A stretch of DNA of 59,142 bases from an uncultured virus (IMG/VR IMGVR_UViG_3300028048_000084) (lineage: Duplodnaviria > Heunggongvirae > Uroviricota > Caudoviricetes), in IMG/VR virus record IMGVR_UViG_3300028048_000084; one strand, given 5' to 3'. A program made the position numbers and the translations under genes. The notes under the pieces are model-generated. The model saw only the letters and a program-made list of their open reading frames with translations, was not told the origin of the DNA and did not search any database. The first letter of the stretch is position 1. Each line of letters begins with the position of its first letter. Of this stretch, positions 1-11,340 are shown one piece after another.

Positions 1-40
1 CCTTGCGGACGCGAAAAGCGTAGGTATTGACTTCATAGCG

Positions 41-673
41 TTGGCAAAATTGCCAATTGATACCAAGGTGTATCGTTCTTCATGCGGTGGCAGGTCGTTG
101 GCTATGACGTTCATCACGTCAAATAACGGCTACTATAATGAAGGGTGGGCAAACCGCAAATACAAAATTGTTTTTTCTGATAAATATGCGAAAAAGTTGA
201 CAGGGCAACACGGCAAAACAATTCTCATGCATGAACTTGTGCATACGTTGCCAAAATGCTTTAATCACGGCATGGAATTTAAAGCATGGGCAATAAAAAT
301 CAATCGTCTCCTGCCAGGCTACTGTGTAGATACATGTTGCCGTGGTGAAGAGTGGGAAGCGGTTTGTGAAATCATGGATGGAAAGAGAAAAGACGAACCG
401 AGAAAAGTTATCAATCGTAATCCCATTAAAACGATTGACAAGTCTACTGTAATTGTGAGCAAGGAAATCAAACTTTTTGTTAATTCCATTACGATGAAAA
501 ACAGGAACGTTAAAGTAGTAGCATTGAAAAACGCTCTCATTAAATGGATTGATGAAAAAGACTTTGAAAAAGTCTCACAGGTAAAAGCCTATATCCCAAA
601 GAGCTTTGAAAAAGCGATGGGAATGGCAGGTATGAAGAAACGTGCTAAAGCGTTTGCAAACTACAAGGGATAA
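41..673 (+). CDS. SprT-like zinc metalloprotease (true start may lie upstream of the window)
   Basis: HELVH zinc motif followed by NHGMEFKAW, the SprT pattern; intrinsic terminator at 682-708. Confidence 0.7.
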   Translation: MAKLPIDTKVYRSSCGGRSLAMTFITSNNGYYNEGWANRKYKIVFSDKYAKKLTGQHGKTILMHELVHTLPKCFNHGMEFKAWAIKINRLLPGYCVDTCCRGEEWEAVCEIMDGKRKDEPRKVINRNPIKTIDKSTVIVSKEIKLFVNSITMKNRNVKVVALKNALIKWIDEKDFEKVSQVKAYIPKSFEKAMGMAGMKKRAKAFANYKG

Positions 674-1033
674 CAAGATATGCAGGAAGTAAAATTCCTG
701 CCTTTTTTATTTCCCTAATCACATAAAACATTTTACAAATAACCGCCCACATGTTATCTGAAATTGTAAAATGTTTTATGCGTTCTGCTTGTACGCTTAT
801 GGTGTACAATATAGGAAAAAGTTTTTTCTTGTATACATAAAAAACCTATTGACAAAGTAAGCAAGATAGTCTATACTAATAAGTGTCAAGGGCAAGGGAA
901 ACAAAAAATCTCAAGCAAAAAAATCCAGAGATTAATAAAAAAAGTCTTGACAAACGGTTCAATCGGTGGTACAATGTAATTGAAGATAAGGAAAGGGCAA
1001 AAGCCCAAAGGTTCAAAACAGGAGGAATTAATC

Positions 1034-1456
1034 ATGGAAAACGTCGCAATCAACAACAACACGGTCAATGTCAACGCAGTCGCAGACGAGCTTGCAATTG
1101 AGCTTGACAAGGTTCGTAGTGCAAAGAAGGAACTTGCCCGCCGTGAAAAGGAAATCACGGCAAAACTTTACAAGGCAGGTATTCTGCATGAGAACTACGA
1201 GCAGGAAGAAGTCACGACGGATAACGTCGTTATCCGCAAAATCCCTGCTTTGTCGGGCAAACGCTATGACGTAGACAAGGCGCGTGCTCTTGCAGATAGC
1301 CTGTCTATCAGTCGCAAGGAACTTGTAAATCGTGAGTGGAAATTCACGGTGAACGAGGATAAGTTAAAGGAACTTGTCGAAAGTGGCAAGGTTTCACAGG
1401 AGATTGTCGATAGCATGTCAATCAAAACAAACCGCATTAAGGTGGACGTGAAATAA
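1034..1456 (+). CDS. hypothetical phage early protein
   Basis: GGAGG RBS at 1021, ATG 1034, tandem promoters upstream, terminator ~1467-1500. Confidence 0.8.
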   Translation: MENVAINNNTVNVNAVADELAIELDKVRSAKKELARREKEITAKLYKAGILHENYEQEEVTTDNVVIRKIPALSGKRYDVDKARALADSLSISRKELVNREWKFTVNEDKLKELVESGKVSQEIVDSMSIKTNRIKVDVK

Positions 1457-1742
1457 ACCTAATGCACGGGTGGTAGAAAAAATCTACCGCCTTTTTTTTT
1501 GTTGTCTAATTTTCTTAATTATTTTTTAATCTAGGTTGATTGACTTTAATTTTTTTCTAATCAACGCATATGGAACATTGTAAAATGTTTTATGCACTAA
1601 CATGTTTTCAAACAATAAAACATTTTACATTCCACCGTGCGGACAAAACTTTTATAAAAAAGTTCTTGACAAAGCGATATATGTATGCTATACTATAATC
1701 AAGAAATGAGAAGTGGTTCAACCGTTACAGGAGGTACTTATC

Positions 1743-1982
1743 ATGGATAACGCAATCAAGGTTCTTAATGGTTTGTTCAAAGAGTATATGACAGACACAT
1801 ATTTTTTCCGTGTCTGCCTTGTGAACGGCAAGTATCAACTTGTTACGTTTGAAGCAGGTAAAGACGAAGAAACCTGCTTTATTAGCGAAGCAAACAAAGA
1901 TGAATTTGAAAAACGTCTGTGGACGTTTATTGCAGGTGTACAGGTAGCACGCGATGCTAATAAAGAAGGGTTTTTGGAATAA
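1743..1982 (+). CDS. hypothetical protein, paralog of 4025..4264
   Basis: GGAGG RBS; shares KYQLVTFE...EETCFISE..KDEFEKRLWTF.AGVQV with 4025..4264. Confidence 0.85.
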   Translation: MDNAIKVLNGLFKEYMTDTYFFRVCLVNGKYQLVTFEAGKDEETCFISEANKDEFEKRLWTFIAGVQVARDANKEGFLE

Positions 1983-2089
1983 CAAAAAGGGCAGGAATAA
2001 AGAGAAAAATTCCTGCCTGTTTTGTTTTGTGCATAACTGTAAAATGTTTTAAGCAAAATATCCTTCACGTAGCACGGCTCAAAAAACAG

Positions 2090-2185
2090 ACTTCCTAGAA
2101 TGACTTCTAAGCGCGTTATTTTTTGCCACGTATATAGTTATACCTGTTTTGTGATAGGGATAGCTTACAGGCGATTATAGAGCGA
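2090..2185. repeat. arm-core-arm palindromic site, copy 1
   Basis: core TATATAGTTATACCTG (2131-2146) flanked symmetrically by imperfect inverted arms ctagaatgacttctaagc / gcttacaggcgattatag. Confidence 0.75.
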
Positions 2186-2573
2186 ATAAAACCATACTCT
2201 ATGTATGTATCGTTCGTATATCTATATAAAAACACTTATCAAAAAATCTTTTTCAAATTTATAAAAAAGTGCTTGACAAAATATCGTTCTTTTGGTACAA
2301 TAAAGACAGTTAAGAGATAAGGTTCAAAACAGGAGGTAATCAAAATGATGTACGTAATTGGTTATGTGTTTATTGCATATGTTATTTGCACGGCATGGAA
2401 TGTGCTTGTAGATATGCTTGTAGATAACATCTGAAATAAAAAAGTGCTTGACATTCTTCTCAAAGCGAGTATAATATAAAGTGTAAGGAACAAGAGAAAA
2501 TAGATGATGCAATTATAATTCTCAATAACTATATATGAACAAAAATTAGAAGAAAACTAAGGAAGGAAAAATT

Positions 2574-2978
2574 ATGTTTGAACAAAGAAAAAATATTCGA
2601 GATTTTGTAAATCGACTTATAGAAGGTTTCCCAGAAAGCAAAAATCCTAAATGGAGATATATTTTATTCTTTAAGGATTCTATTAATGGTTTTGCATTTT
2701 CAGCACCTTATCTTGACAAAAGAGAATGTCATGGACGAGTTATTCTTAACATCCCTAGAATATCGAATCTTTGTAAAGGAGACGGGGAAAGATTCGCTAG
2801 TTTTTTATTAATGAACTTGTACCATGAAACACAACACACATATCAATTTGATTATATGAAAGAAAACAAATTAGATATAAGAAATTGTTTGCTAAAACAT
2901 CAAGAAAAATTAGAAAAACAAGCTATTGAAGCTATGAATAATCTAAAATATGATTTTGATTTTTCATATCTTCAGTAA
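2574..2978 (+). CDS. hypothetical protein with HExxH motif (putative metallopeptidase)
   Basis: LYHETQHTYQ ... E..A motif; AAGGA RBS. Confidence 0.65.
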   Translation: MFEQRKNIRDFVNRLIEGFPESKNPKWRYILFFKDSINGFAFSAPYLDKRECHGRVILNIPRISNLCKGDGERFASFLLMNLYHETQHTYQFDYMKENKLDIRNCLLKHQEKLEKQAIEAMNNLKYDFDFSYLQ

Positions 2979-3256
2979 CAAAGATTGTTGCAAATGTAAT
3001 AAGTACGGTTCTGTCAGAACAGATACATTAGGGGATGAGAAATCATCCCCTAATTTTATTGTCTAATTTTTATATAAGGTAATTTTAATCTAGGTTGATT
3101 GACTTTAATTTATTTTTAATTATTGAAATGTTGTAAAATGTTTTATAAATCAAAAAAAATCATTTTTATATAAAAAAGTGCTTGACAAAGTGGCACAGAC
3201 GTGCTATAATAAAGTCAAGAAATGAGAGATAAGGTTCATACAAGAAAGGATAACAG

Positions 3257-3559
3257 GTGATTCAAATGAAATTTGCAGACGTTAAGGTTGAGAACATGAC
3301 TTCTCACAACACAGAGCGTGAAATTCCGAATCAGTTCAAAATTCATGCAAATGGAGGCGTATACTTTCAGTCGTATAATACCGTTATTGCTCACGTTAAA
3401 GATGGACATGTTTCCATCGTGAAAGGTGGGTTGGATTACTCAACCACCACAAACAAATGGCTTTATCAGTTCCTTTCTGAAGAGTCGTATTATTCAAATT
3501 TGAATAAGCGCAAAATGGAAAAGTTAATTGCAAGTGGTGAAATCGAAGAAGTAGAGTAA
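3257..3559 (+). CDS. conserved phage hypothetical protein, paralog of 4599..4892
   Basis: near-identical to 4599..4892 (GVYFQSYNTVIA, DYSTTTNKWLYQFL); own promoter and terminator. Confidence 0.85.
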   Translation: MIQMKFADVKVENMTSHNTEREIPNQFKIHANGGVYFQSYNTVIAHVKDGHVSIVKGGLDYSTTTNKWLYQFLSEESYYSNLNKRKMEKLIASGEIEEVE

Positions 3560-4024
3560 AGTCAATTAAAATCAGGGGAGGTTGAAAAACCTCCCTTTTA
3601 ATTTGCAATAAAAATTCTCTAATATATTTTTAAGGTTGATTGACTTTTTGAACAACTGTGTTTTTCGCAAACACGTGTGATGTGTAAAATGTTTTATCTT
3701 TGATTGCATACGCATATAGTATACATTTTTAGAAAAAGTTTTTTCTTGTATACATATAAAAACTATTGACATTGATACTAAAAAGAGTATAATAGTAAGT
3801 GTCAAAGGGAAATGGTTCAAACAAATGGAGGTATTAGAAATGGAGTATGCAATCTGTTATATGGTATTTGCTATCGTTGCTTGTAGAACATGGTCACAAA
3901 AAAATTCACCAAGCGATAAAAAAATACTTGACATTCTTCTCAAAACGAGTATAATATAAAGTGTAAGGAACAAGAGATACACCTTACAGATGAGAAGTTT
4001 ACAGAACAAATGGAGGTAATCAAA

Positions 4025-4264
4025 ATGGACGATGCAATCAGAATTCTTAATTCTATGTTTGGTAAAAACATGATGGATGCGTATAACTTTCGTATCGCCA
4101 AAAGAGGTGACAAATATCAACTTGTCACTTTTGAAGGTGCAGAAGCAGAAGAAGAAACCTGCTTCATTAGCGAAACATCAAAAGACGAATTTGAGAAACG
4201 TCTTTGGACGTTTGTTGCAGGTGTACAGGTAAGCAAGAACGCAAGAGAAGATGGTCTGTTCTGA
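4025..4264 (+). CDS. hypothetical protein, paralog of 1743..1982
   Basis: GGAGG RBS, paralogy, terminator 4266-4305. Confidence 0.85.
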   Translation: MDDAIRILNSMFGKNMMDAYNFRIAKRGDKYQLVTFEGAEAEEETCFISETSKDEFEKRLWTFVAGVQVSKNAREDGLF

Positions 4265-4598
4265 CAAAAAAGGCAGGGAGGTAAAATATCTTCCCTGCCT
4301 TTTTTGTTATATACACCATAAAACATTTTACAAACAAACGACTGAACGAAAATTGTAAAATGTTTTATTGATTTGACTAGGTGATTTTGTATGCAATATA
4401 CATAAAAAAAGTCTTGACAATGATAACAGAATATGTTATTATAAAGACAGTTAAGAGATAAAACCATTAAACGGATGGAGGTTCAGTTCAGAAATAAATT
4501 CAAAAATAAATAAAAAATCTCTTGACAAAGTAACAAATATATGATATACTAAAGTCAAGAAATGAGAGATATGGTTCACAAGAAAGGAAGTAATTACA

Positions 4599-4892
4599 AT
4601 GAAATTCGCAGACGTTAAAGTTTACAACATGACCTCCCACAACACGGAACGTGAAATTCCGAATCAGTTCAAAGTATATGCCAATGGTGGCGTGTATTTC
4701 CAAAGCTATAACACAGTTATAGCTTTCGTGAAGGATGGTCATGTATTCATCGTTCGCGGTGGTCTTGACTATTCTACAACAACAAACAAATGGTTATATC
4801 AGTTTTTGGGAGAGGAAGCAGGATTGTTCAATTTGAACAAGCGCAACGTTTCCAAAATGATGGAAAGCGGTGAGATTGAAACTGTGGATTAA
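4599..4892 (+). CDS. conserved phage hypothetical protein, paralog of 3257..3559
   Basis: paralogy; same promoter leader (AAAGTCAAGAAATGAGAGAT) as 3257. Confidence 0.85.
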   Translation: MKFADVKVYNMTSHNTEREIPNQFKVYANGGVYFQSYNTVIAFVKDGHVFIVRGGLDYSTTTNKWLYQFLGEEAGLFNLNKRNVSKMMESGEIETVD

Positions 4893-5071
4893 AATTCACA
4901 TAGGAGGGCGGAAGCCCTCTTTTTATTTGCCTTAAATTTTTTCTAATTAAATTTTAAGGTTGATTGACTATTGTAAAATGTTTTATCAAATATCAAAATG
5001 TGAGCATAAAACATTTTACAGAAACACAAAAGTAAAAAAATACGTATGAATGATTCATACGTATTTGATAT

Positions 5072-5500
5072 TTACATAGCGTTTTCTGCCATAGCCCAAT
5101 ATAACTGATATTCAATATCATATTTACCTGCATTGTGAGTAATTTTCTTTCCTTTTAGATAATACGTTGCATATACATTGTCATCAAATTTATAATGTAC
5201 CATTTCCATTTTAACAGGGATACGATGGGAATAGTTATCCATAATGACCATAGTTCCAATATGCTTACATGGGATAATATATCCTTTGTAAATCTCATGC
5301 TTACGTCCTGCCTTGTCTTTATACACCCTTACTTTAACCACATCATTCTCTAGTGCTAAGTACTGATTATTTACTGTATCAGATACAAGCAGGTAATTTG
5401 TGTTACCATTGACGTATTGTGTTTGGTATGGTTTTATGTTTGCAAAGGCAATAGAAGAATAAAACAACAACATAAGCGTAAGCATAACAATCTTTTTCAT
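5072..5500 (-). CDS. secreted hypothetical protein
   Basis: N-terminal signal peptide MKKIVMLTLMLLFYSSIAFA; GGAGG RBS. Confidence 0.75.
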   Translation of the reverse strand: MKKIVMLTLMLLFYSSIAFANIKPYQTQYVNGNTNYLLVSDTVNNQYLALENDVVKVRVYKDKAGRKHEIYKGYIIPCKHIGTMVIMDNYSHRIPVKMEMVHYKFDDNVYATYYLKGKKITHNAGKYDIEYQLYWAMAENAM

Positions 5501-5517
5501 TTTATAAAACCTCCATA

Positions 5518-5943
5518 TTAAACCGTTTTGATAAATGTATATTCTGTTACATTTACTTCTCCTTTAGGAATATCGTTCAATTTCTCTAGCATAGCATTGT
5601 GCTTAATGCGTCTCTTGCTAGGATTTGTCAACGCTTCAATCTCTTTCATATTGCGCTTATCCCTGCTTGTAGGGAAAGACACAATAAGTTCCCCCATTAC
5701 ATTAAATGTGATAGTTTCTTGACTTTTATCAAAGTCATAGCTTGTCACATTCGGACAATCAATCATACCATACCTAATTTCACCCTGCATGAGATATTTT
5801 GCCATATACTGATAATAGGTATCAGTAGGGTTATCTTCACGATGAGACAAAATGTAATTATGTATATTTTTTGTTACCGTCCCTTTTACATGAAAAAGGA
5901 AGTTTGTATTGTCTACATTTTTGAAAATATCGTCATTGTACAT
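5518..5943 (-). CDS. hypothetical protein
   Basis: ORF with promoter at ~5975-6005 and AAGGA RBS. Confidence 0.65.
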   Translation of the reverse strand: MYNDDIFKNVDNTNFLFHVKGTVTKNIHNYILSHREDNPTDTYYQYMAKYLMQGEIRYGMIDCPNVTSYDFDKSQETITFNVMGELIVSFPTSRDKRNMKEIEALTNPSKRRIKHNAMLEKLNDIPKGEVNVTEYTFIKTV

Positions 5944-6110
5944 TTTAATCTTTCCTTTCTGCTCTTTATATATAAAGTATACCATAAAAATGGATATTTG
6001 TCAATATAAATTATATAATAAAAGGCACGATGTTTTTACGCACCGTGCTTTTTTTTGTTAATTCATTTCTTCCGCAGACCCCATCAATGCTCCAATAATA
6101 CTAGCACTTA

Positions 6111-6341
6111 TCAAGTTATATTATCTTCTTTCGCTATAATTTTATTGAATAAAATATGCATATCATTTTCAATAACTTTTCGATGTGTATTCAACGAATG
6201 AACTTCTTCCTCTAATTTCACAATTTTCAATTGTTGCTTTTCAATAATCTGACGCATAATATCCAAAATATCAAATAAATTATCTTTATCCCAATAATGA
6301 GCTTTTAGATATTGAATTGTTTTTTGCGCTTCTTGCGTCAT
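6111..6341 (-). CDS. coiled-coil hypothetical protein, paralog of 58492..58752
   Basis: MRQIIEKQQLKIVKLE vs MKDLISKQQLHIIKLE. Confidence 0.7.
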   Translation of the reverse strand: MTQEAQKTIQYLKAHYWDKDNLFDILDIMRQIIEKQQLKIVKLEEEVHSLNTHRKVIENDMHILFNKIIAKEDNIT

Positions 6342-6368
6342 GATTAGCCGCCTTTCTATTTTAAAAAG

Positions 6369-6980
6369 TTATTTAACAATATTTCCGTTTTCATCAAAAT
6401 CATAATTTTTTGCATCATCTTCTGCTTCTTTATATATCTCATCACGCATTTCATTCTCGCGTTGTTCTACATCTGCTGTTTCGTCATCTTCAACCTTCTG
6501 TAGAACGTCTCCTATAGCTTCTATAAGCGCATCTATGAACGCTGAACCACGTTCTCCGTATACATCCATAGAACTAGAATCCATCTTAACGTCCGTGAAA
6601 TTTACATCAACTGCGGCATCAAACGTAACATCCTTCAATGTAGCAAAAGCCTTATCAGGCGTAATATTTGTTTCATCTTCATCATTAATATATACCTGAT
6701 AGTCTTCTTCTGAAATATCCCCTGTCCCCATACAAGCATCAAACAACTTACGAGAAATAGGAGATTCATGAATTGTTAAATCAAAATCATAAACATCTTT
6801 CTGTGATTTATTTTCAAAAGCATCTTTGATTCCTGTAATACCAAGTTTTTCAAAAGACAGTCTTAAACTATCATATGTATCCATAATAACATCGGAAATA
6901 TTATCATCTAAACCTTCTTTAATAATAACATTCTGGAGAGCTTCATTCTTTGCATTTTCTGAAAGTTCATCAAATTTCAT
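6369..6980 (-). CDS. acidic protein of the FDELS...YxFDENG phage/plasmid family
   Basis: N-terminal KFDELSENAK, C-terminal YDFDENGN; strongly D/E-rich. Confidence 0.7.
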   Translation of the reverse strand: MKFDELSENAKNEALQNVIIKEGLDDNISDVIMDTYDSLRLSFEKLGITGIKDAFENKSQKDVYDFDLTIHESPISRKLFDACMGTGDISEEDYQVYINDEDETNITPDKAFATLKDVTFDAAVDVNFTDVKMDSSSMDVYGERGSAFIDALIEAIGDVLQKVEDDETADVEQRENEMRDEIYKEAEDDAKNYDFDENGNIVK

Positions 6981-7534
6981 ATTTACATCAGCACCTTTTT
7001 CATTATACTAAAAAAATCTATATATTTCTTATTAAAATTATTATATCCTAAAAGAAATATATAAATTTTTTGTTTATTTATCGTTATAATTTGGATGTTC
7101 TTCACTAATTCTTCGATATTTTTTATATGCCATTTTTTTAATTTCGCGAGAATCAAAATTTACAACTAATTTATATCCCTCTAATTTCGGAAAACGCTCA
7201 ATCGTTTTATTGCAAGGGATTCTGCTTCTTCAGCACTTTCCGCTTCTATTTCCACAACTGCAAAGGCAGGAAGTTCAACGACTACACTATACTTTTTCAT
7301 CCTAATCATGTCCTTTCTTTTGATGGGTTGTTTTTCAATTTCTGTATTTATTATAGCGCACAATGCACAATTTGTCAATAGGTTTTTTATATTTTTGATA
7401 AATTTGACCGAATAAAATGTGATAAATATTCGTATAAAAAATTTTACAAAAATTGTTTGTATACGAATTGTAAAATGTTTTATTTTATTGTGCAAATAAA
7501 AAGGACGGATATTGAATATCCGTCCCAAAGAGGA

Positions 7535-7804
7535 TTATTCGTCCTCGTCATCACCCCCAAACAGAGTGTCCCAACACTCCGCGCCCGTCCCGCTAATAAG
7601 CACCTCGCGCTCGTCAGCGTTAAGGAACGGACAGAGGTCTTGGATATGCCCCTCTCCATCTGCCCAACGCTCCACGGCATCGACCTGCTCGGCAGACTTA
7701 AGCAGGACGTAGTGGAACTTGCCACACACAGGGCAAGGCTTGGTGGACGCGCCCCACGTAACATCGCCAGAGACGAGACCCTTGTTTTTGATGATTGACA
7801 ACAT
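7535..7804 (-). CDS. small Zn-ribbon-like hypothetical protein
   Basis: CPVCGK and C-terminal ECWDTLFG; GGAGG RBS; terminator ~7500-7527. Confidence 0.7.
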   Translation of the reverse strand: MLSIIKNKGLVSGDVTWGASTKPCPVCGKFHYVLLKSAEQVDAVERWADGEGHIQDLCPFLNADEREVLISGTGAECWDTLFGGDDEDE

Positions 7805-8069
7805 AGTACATACCTCCTGTGAACTATCTCTTGTTCCCTTCGACACTTATATAATAGCATACTACGGAAAGTTTGTCAACACTTTTTTTATAAATCCTGC
7901 AAAAAAAATTTGCATCAACGTATGAAATTTGTCAAACATTTTATATCTAAAACCTTCAAAAAACATTCCTTTCTACTAAATTGAATGTTTTATCTACCAA
8001 TATATTATCAAATAATGTATACTCTGTCAATATTTTTGTATCAAAAATGTCTGAAAATTGTTTATGCTA

Positions 8070-8585
8070 TAAAAAAGCCTTGCGACTATCATATCGCAAG
8101 GCTTCTCTTTATTCTAAATAAGTATATATATAATATGAATTACTTAGCCCATTGGAACCATGTCCCTTCTATATAGATTGAAACCTAACTTTTCTCGAAC
8201 CATCGTGGTTAACATTTTTAAATAATAATAAAATATATATATATGTTCTCACTCGCTAAAGTTTATCTAGCTTTTTCTTCATCGTGTTCACTTCCTTTTC
8301 CCTTGGATTGATTATATTGTATCATAACTGAACTACTTTGTCAACAGTTTTTTAAATAATAATAAAATATATATGTTCTCACTCACTAGAGTTTATTCAG
8401 CTTTTTCTTCATTCTGTTCACTTCCTTTTCCCTTGGATTGATTATATTGTATCATAACTGAACTACTTTGTCAACAGTTTTTTAAATTTTTTTCTTTAAG
8501 GTATTAACATCATAAACAGTTCCGTTCAATTGTTTCATTTCCTTATCTCTGATTACATGATACCACACACAAAACAATTTGTCAA
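8070..8585 (-). ncRNA. putative non-coding/minigene transcription unit 1, with an ~135-bp tandem duplication
   Basis: three promoters, only tiny ORFs (MKKKLNKL*, MKKKLDKL*, MG*), terminator 8071-8105; modules shared with the 10515 and 17482 loci. Confidence 0.5.
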
Positions 8586-8709
8586 CACTTTTTTATAAAA
8601 AATGCAATTTTTTTGACCATAAAACATTTTACAATTTATAGAAACAGAAGTTTTGTAAAATGTTTTATGATAATATGGCAAATAAAAAAGAGGGTTTCCC
8701 CTCTTTTTG

Positions 8710-9045
8710 TTAAATACAACCGCCACATGAACCATGAATCCAATCACAATCGCTAATTGCGTCATACAGTTCTTCATACTGTGAAGAATCAATAGGAAGT
8801 GATTTGACCCATTGGTTTTTAGCCAACCATGCGTCAAACGGCAATCCCTGATGAACGGTTTCCCATACGTCTGCCCAATCTTCAAAATGCCATTGACGAT
8901 AGTCATTCTCCGTATTCATAGGAGAACCCTGCAAGTCAACAGGGATACAGTCAGAAACATCATTACCATCAATTGTAATTACCCAACGACCTGAACACAA
9001 GCAAGGATATGAGCCAGTCCATTCAACTTTGATTTCCTTTTTCAT
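8710..9045 (-). CDS. hypothetical protein with conserved Cys/Trp
   Basis: YPCLCSGRW ... GSCGGCI; own promoter, RBS and terminator. Confidence 0.75.
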   Translation of the reverse strand: MKKEIKVEWTGSYPCLCSGRWVITIDGNDVSDCIPVDLQGSPMNTENDYRQWHFEDWADVWETVHQGLPFDAWLAKNQWVKSLPIDSSQYEELYDAISDCDWIHGSCGGCI

Positions 9046-9199
9046 TTTACATCAATCCTTTCGCTCTCTCGTTCAACCTTATGTGTTTAGTATAACACAA
9101 AACATACATTTTGTCAACAGTTTTTTTATATTTGAAACAAAAAATTATGTTTTGATACATCATATAGAACAGACTACACGCATAAACAGAAACATGGAT

Positions 9200-9296
9200 T
9201 AAATCGCTTTATTTTCGCCTGTAAGGTGGTTTTACGATAAAAACAGGTATAGTTATATACAACAGTAAATAAAATCGCTTATACGCGAAATACGGA
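9200..9296. repeat. arm-core-arm palindromic site, copy 2
   Basis: core CAGGTATAGTTATATAC at 9244-9260; arms ttttcgcctgtaag / cttatacgcgaaat. Confidence 0.7.
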
Positions 9297-9703
9297 GTAA
9301 TTTAAATAATTACATAAATTTGCAACTGGATTTTTGTAAAATGTTTTATATACAAAAATGTAAAAAAGAGGATAGGCATATTACCCATCCTCTTTACTTT
9401 ACGAAAGAGTATACTCATAACCTTCCGTATACAGTACGATATAATATTCATGTTCACAATTCAAATTTACATAATCATCATATTCATCATCGTAAAACAT
9501 TTTACAAAAACGGTAAAGAATGTAAACGGTTTATTTTCGCGTTTCAAACACTAGCCTATATAACTATATGGATTAGCTCATAGAAAAGCTCACCGGGCAC
9601 GTGAGACAGTCTAAACGGATATTTTGCACGGTCAAAACGTGATAGAATATCAAAAAAGCAGGGACGTTTAATCCCTGCTATGTTTTAATCACTCTATTGT
9701 TAT

Positions 9704-10120
9704 TCACCTTTCATTCATAATTTCCATAAGTTCATGGAAATTGTCGTCAATCTCATCAAATCTTGAGATAACTTCCTGCATACCACAGGAATGACCTATG
9801 TCGTATGCAATAGAGAAAAGGCGGTCAAAAATCTTACGTCCATTAGGAAAATCCTTTGCGTAAGATTGCTGATATACCTTTTCACGGAATTCCTTTTCAA
9901 CGGCATTATATTCAGCACGTTGCTTTTCCTGTAGTTCTTTATACTCTGCTTTAAGCTGTTCCGAATATTTTTCTTTTCTTTCGGTAAGCTCTTTGATTGT
10001 TCCCGTTTGGGTTTCATCAAATTCTTTTAGCTTTTTATCAGAAAAATCTCGAAAAGAACTGGGATATTTCTGATAGATTTGATTATAAGACTCTTCGTAT
10101 TTTTTTACTTCTTCAATCAT
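9704..10120 (-). CDS. hypothetical protein
   Basis: GGAGG RBS, 138-aa ORF, terminator 9655-9680. Confidence 0.75.
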   Translation of the reverse strand: MIEEVKKYEESYNQIYQKYPSSFRDFSDKKLKEFDETQTGTIKELTERKEKYSEQLKAEYKELQEKQRAEYNAVEKEFREKVYQQSYAKDFPNGRKIFDRLFSIAYDIGHSCGMQEVISRFDEIDDNFHELMEIMNER

Positions 10121-10514
10121 GATATTTTATTCCTCCCCATTCAAATAATCAATAACTAACTTTAAAGACTGCTTTTGTTTGGAAATAATCTTCTTCCTTA
10201 ATTACAAATCCTTCTCCAACCAAAATCCTCTCCTTTGTAGAACCTGTTGTTTTCTCTATGGTTATATATTACCATATAATATCTATTTTGTCAACATCTT
10301 TTTTATAAATCTCAATAAAAATTTTTGCACTAATAACAAGACCAACAATAAATCCAATCATAATTTCCATTTTGTATACACCTTCCTTTCATCACCTATA
10401 TCATACCATATAATTACATGTTTGTCAAAATATTTTTTATCAAATAAAACATTTTACAATTTTGCCCCATCCATTTTTATTTGTAAAATGTTTTATTCGA
10501 TAAAGGTATTATAA

Positions 10515-10907
10515 AAACCGTGCGGATAGGGAATATCCTGCACGGTTCTCTTTTTATAATTTTATAATAAATCTAAACTTAATATATGTAATTTCTATTT
10601 ACTACATCTTACTCATTCCTTTCAAAATTGTTATTCACGCTAACACACTAGAAGTTTATCGGCATTTTATATCAAACAAATTTATTATAATTTATAACTA
10701 GCCCAATGGTATCAAATCCCTTCATTGTTATATATGTTAACAATCCTATTGATTGTACCCCATAAAGGTTATGGCATTTTAATATCAATAAAAATTTAAT
10801 AAAGTATTTTTTGTCGCTACAGACCTTCAAATAATTTTTTCATTTCTATCTGTCCTTTTGTTTGTATTGTTTGATTTTAATATATCATATTATAAAAGTT
10901 TTGTCAA
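10515..10907 (-). ncRNA. putative non-coding/minigene transcription unit 2
   Basis: promoter at ~10880-10907 with more stacked upstream; only minigenes; terminator AACCGTGC..GCACGGTT shared with the 17482 locus. Confidence 0.5.
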
Positions 10908-11340
10908 GATGTTTTTTATTGCTACGGTTCATTCAGACGTTTCATTGTTCTTACCTCCATTTCCTTGTTTCATCTTGTCTTTATTGTAGCACATCTTTTT
11001 TTTGTTTGTCAACACTTTTTTTGAACTTTTTTACCAACCCATGATTGCATCGTCCTTTCATCTTTTACATGAACCTTATCTCTTAACTATCTTTATTATA
11101 TCAGATAGAGAACATTTTGTCAAGATTTTTTTTTATGTTTTTATTTTTGACTTGATGTTGTTTGTTCCCTGTCTATGATTATAGTATAGCAAAGTATATA
11201 CTATTTGTCAATAGGTTTTGTATAATTAATTTTAAAAATTTTATCTAATAAAACATTTTACATAGTAATGGATAGGTCAATATTGTAAAATGTTTTATTA
11301 ACTCGCATATAAAAAAGAGGATATTACTATCCTCTAAACA

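Noticed and set aside
765..779. 15-bp motif as a CcpA cre, Rex or DnaA box
   Set aside because: It lacks the central CG of cre, the TGTGAA..TTCACA of Rex and the TTATCCACA of DnaA boxes
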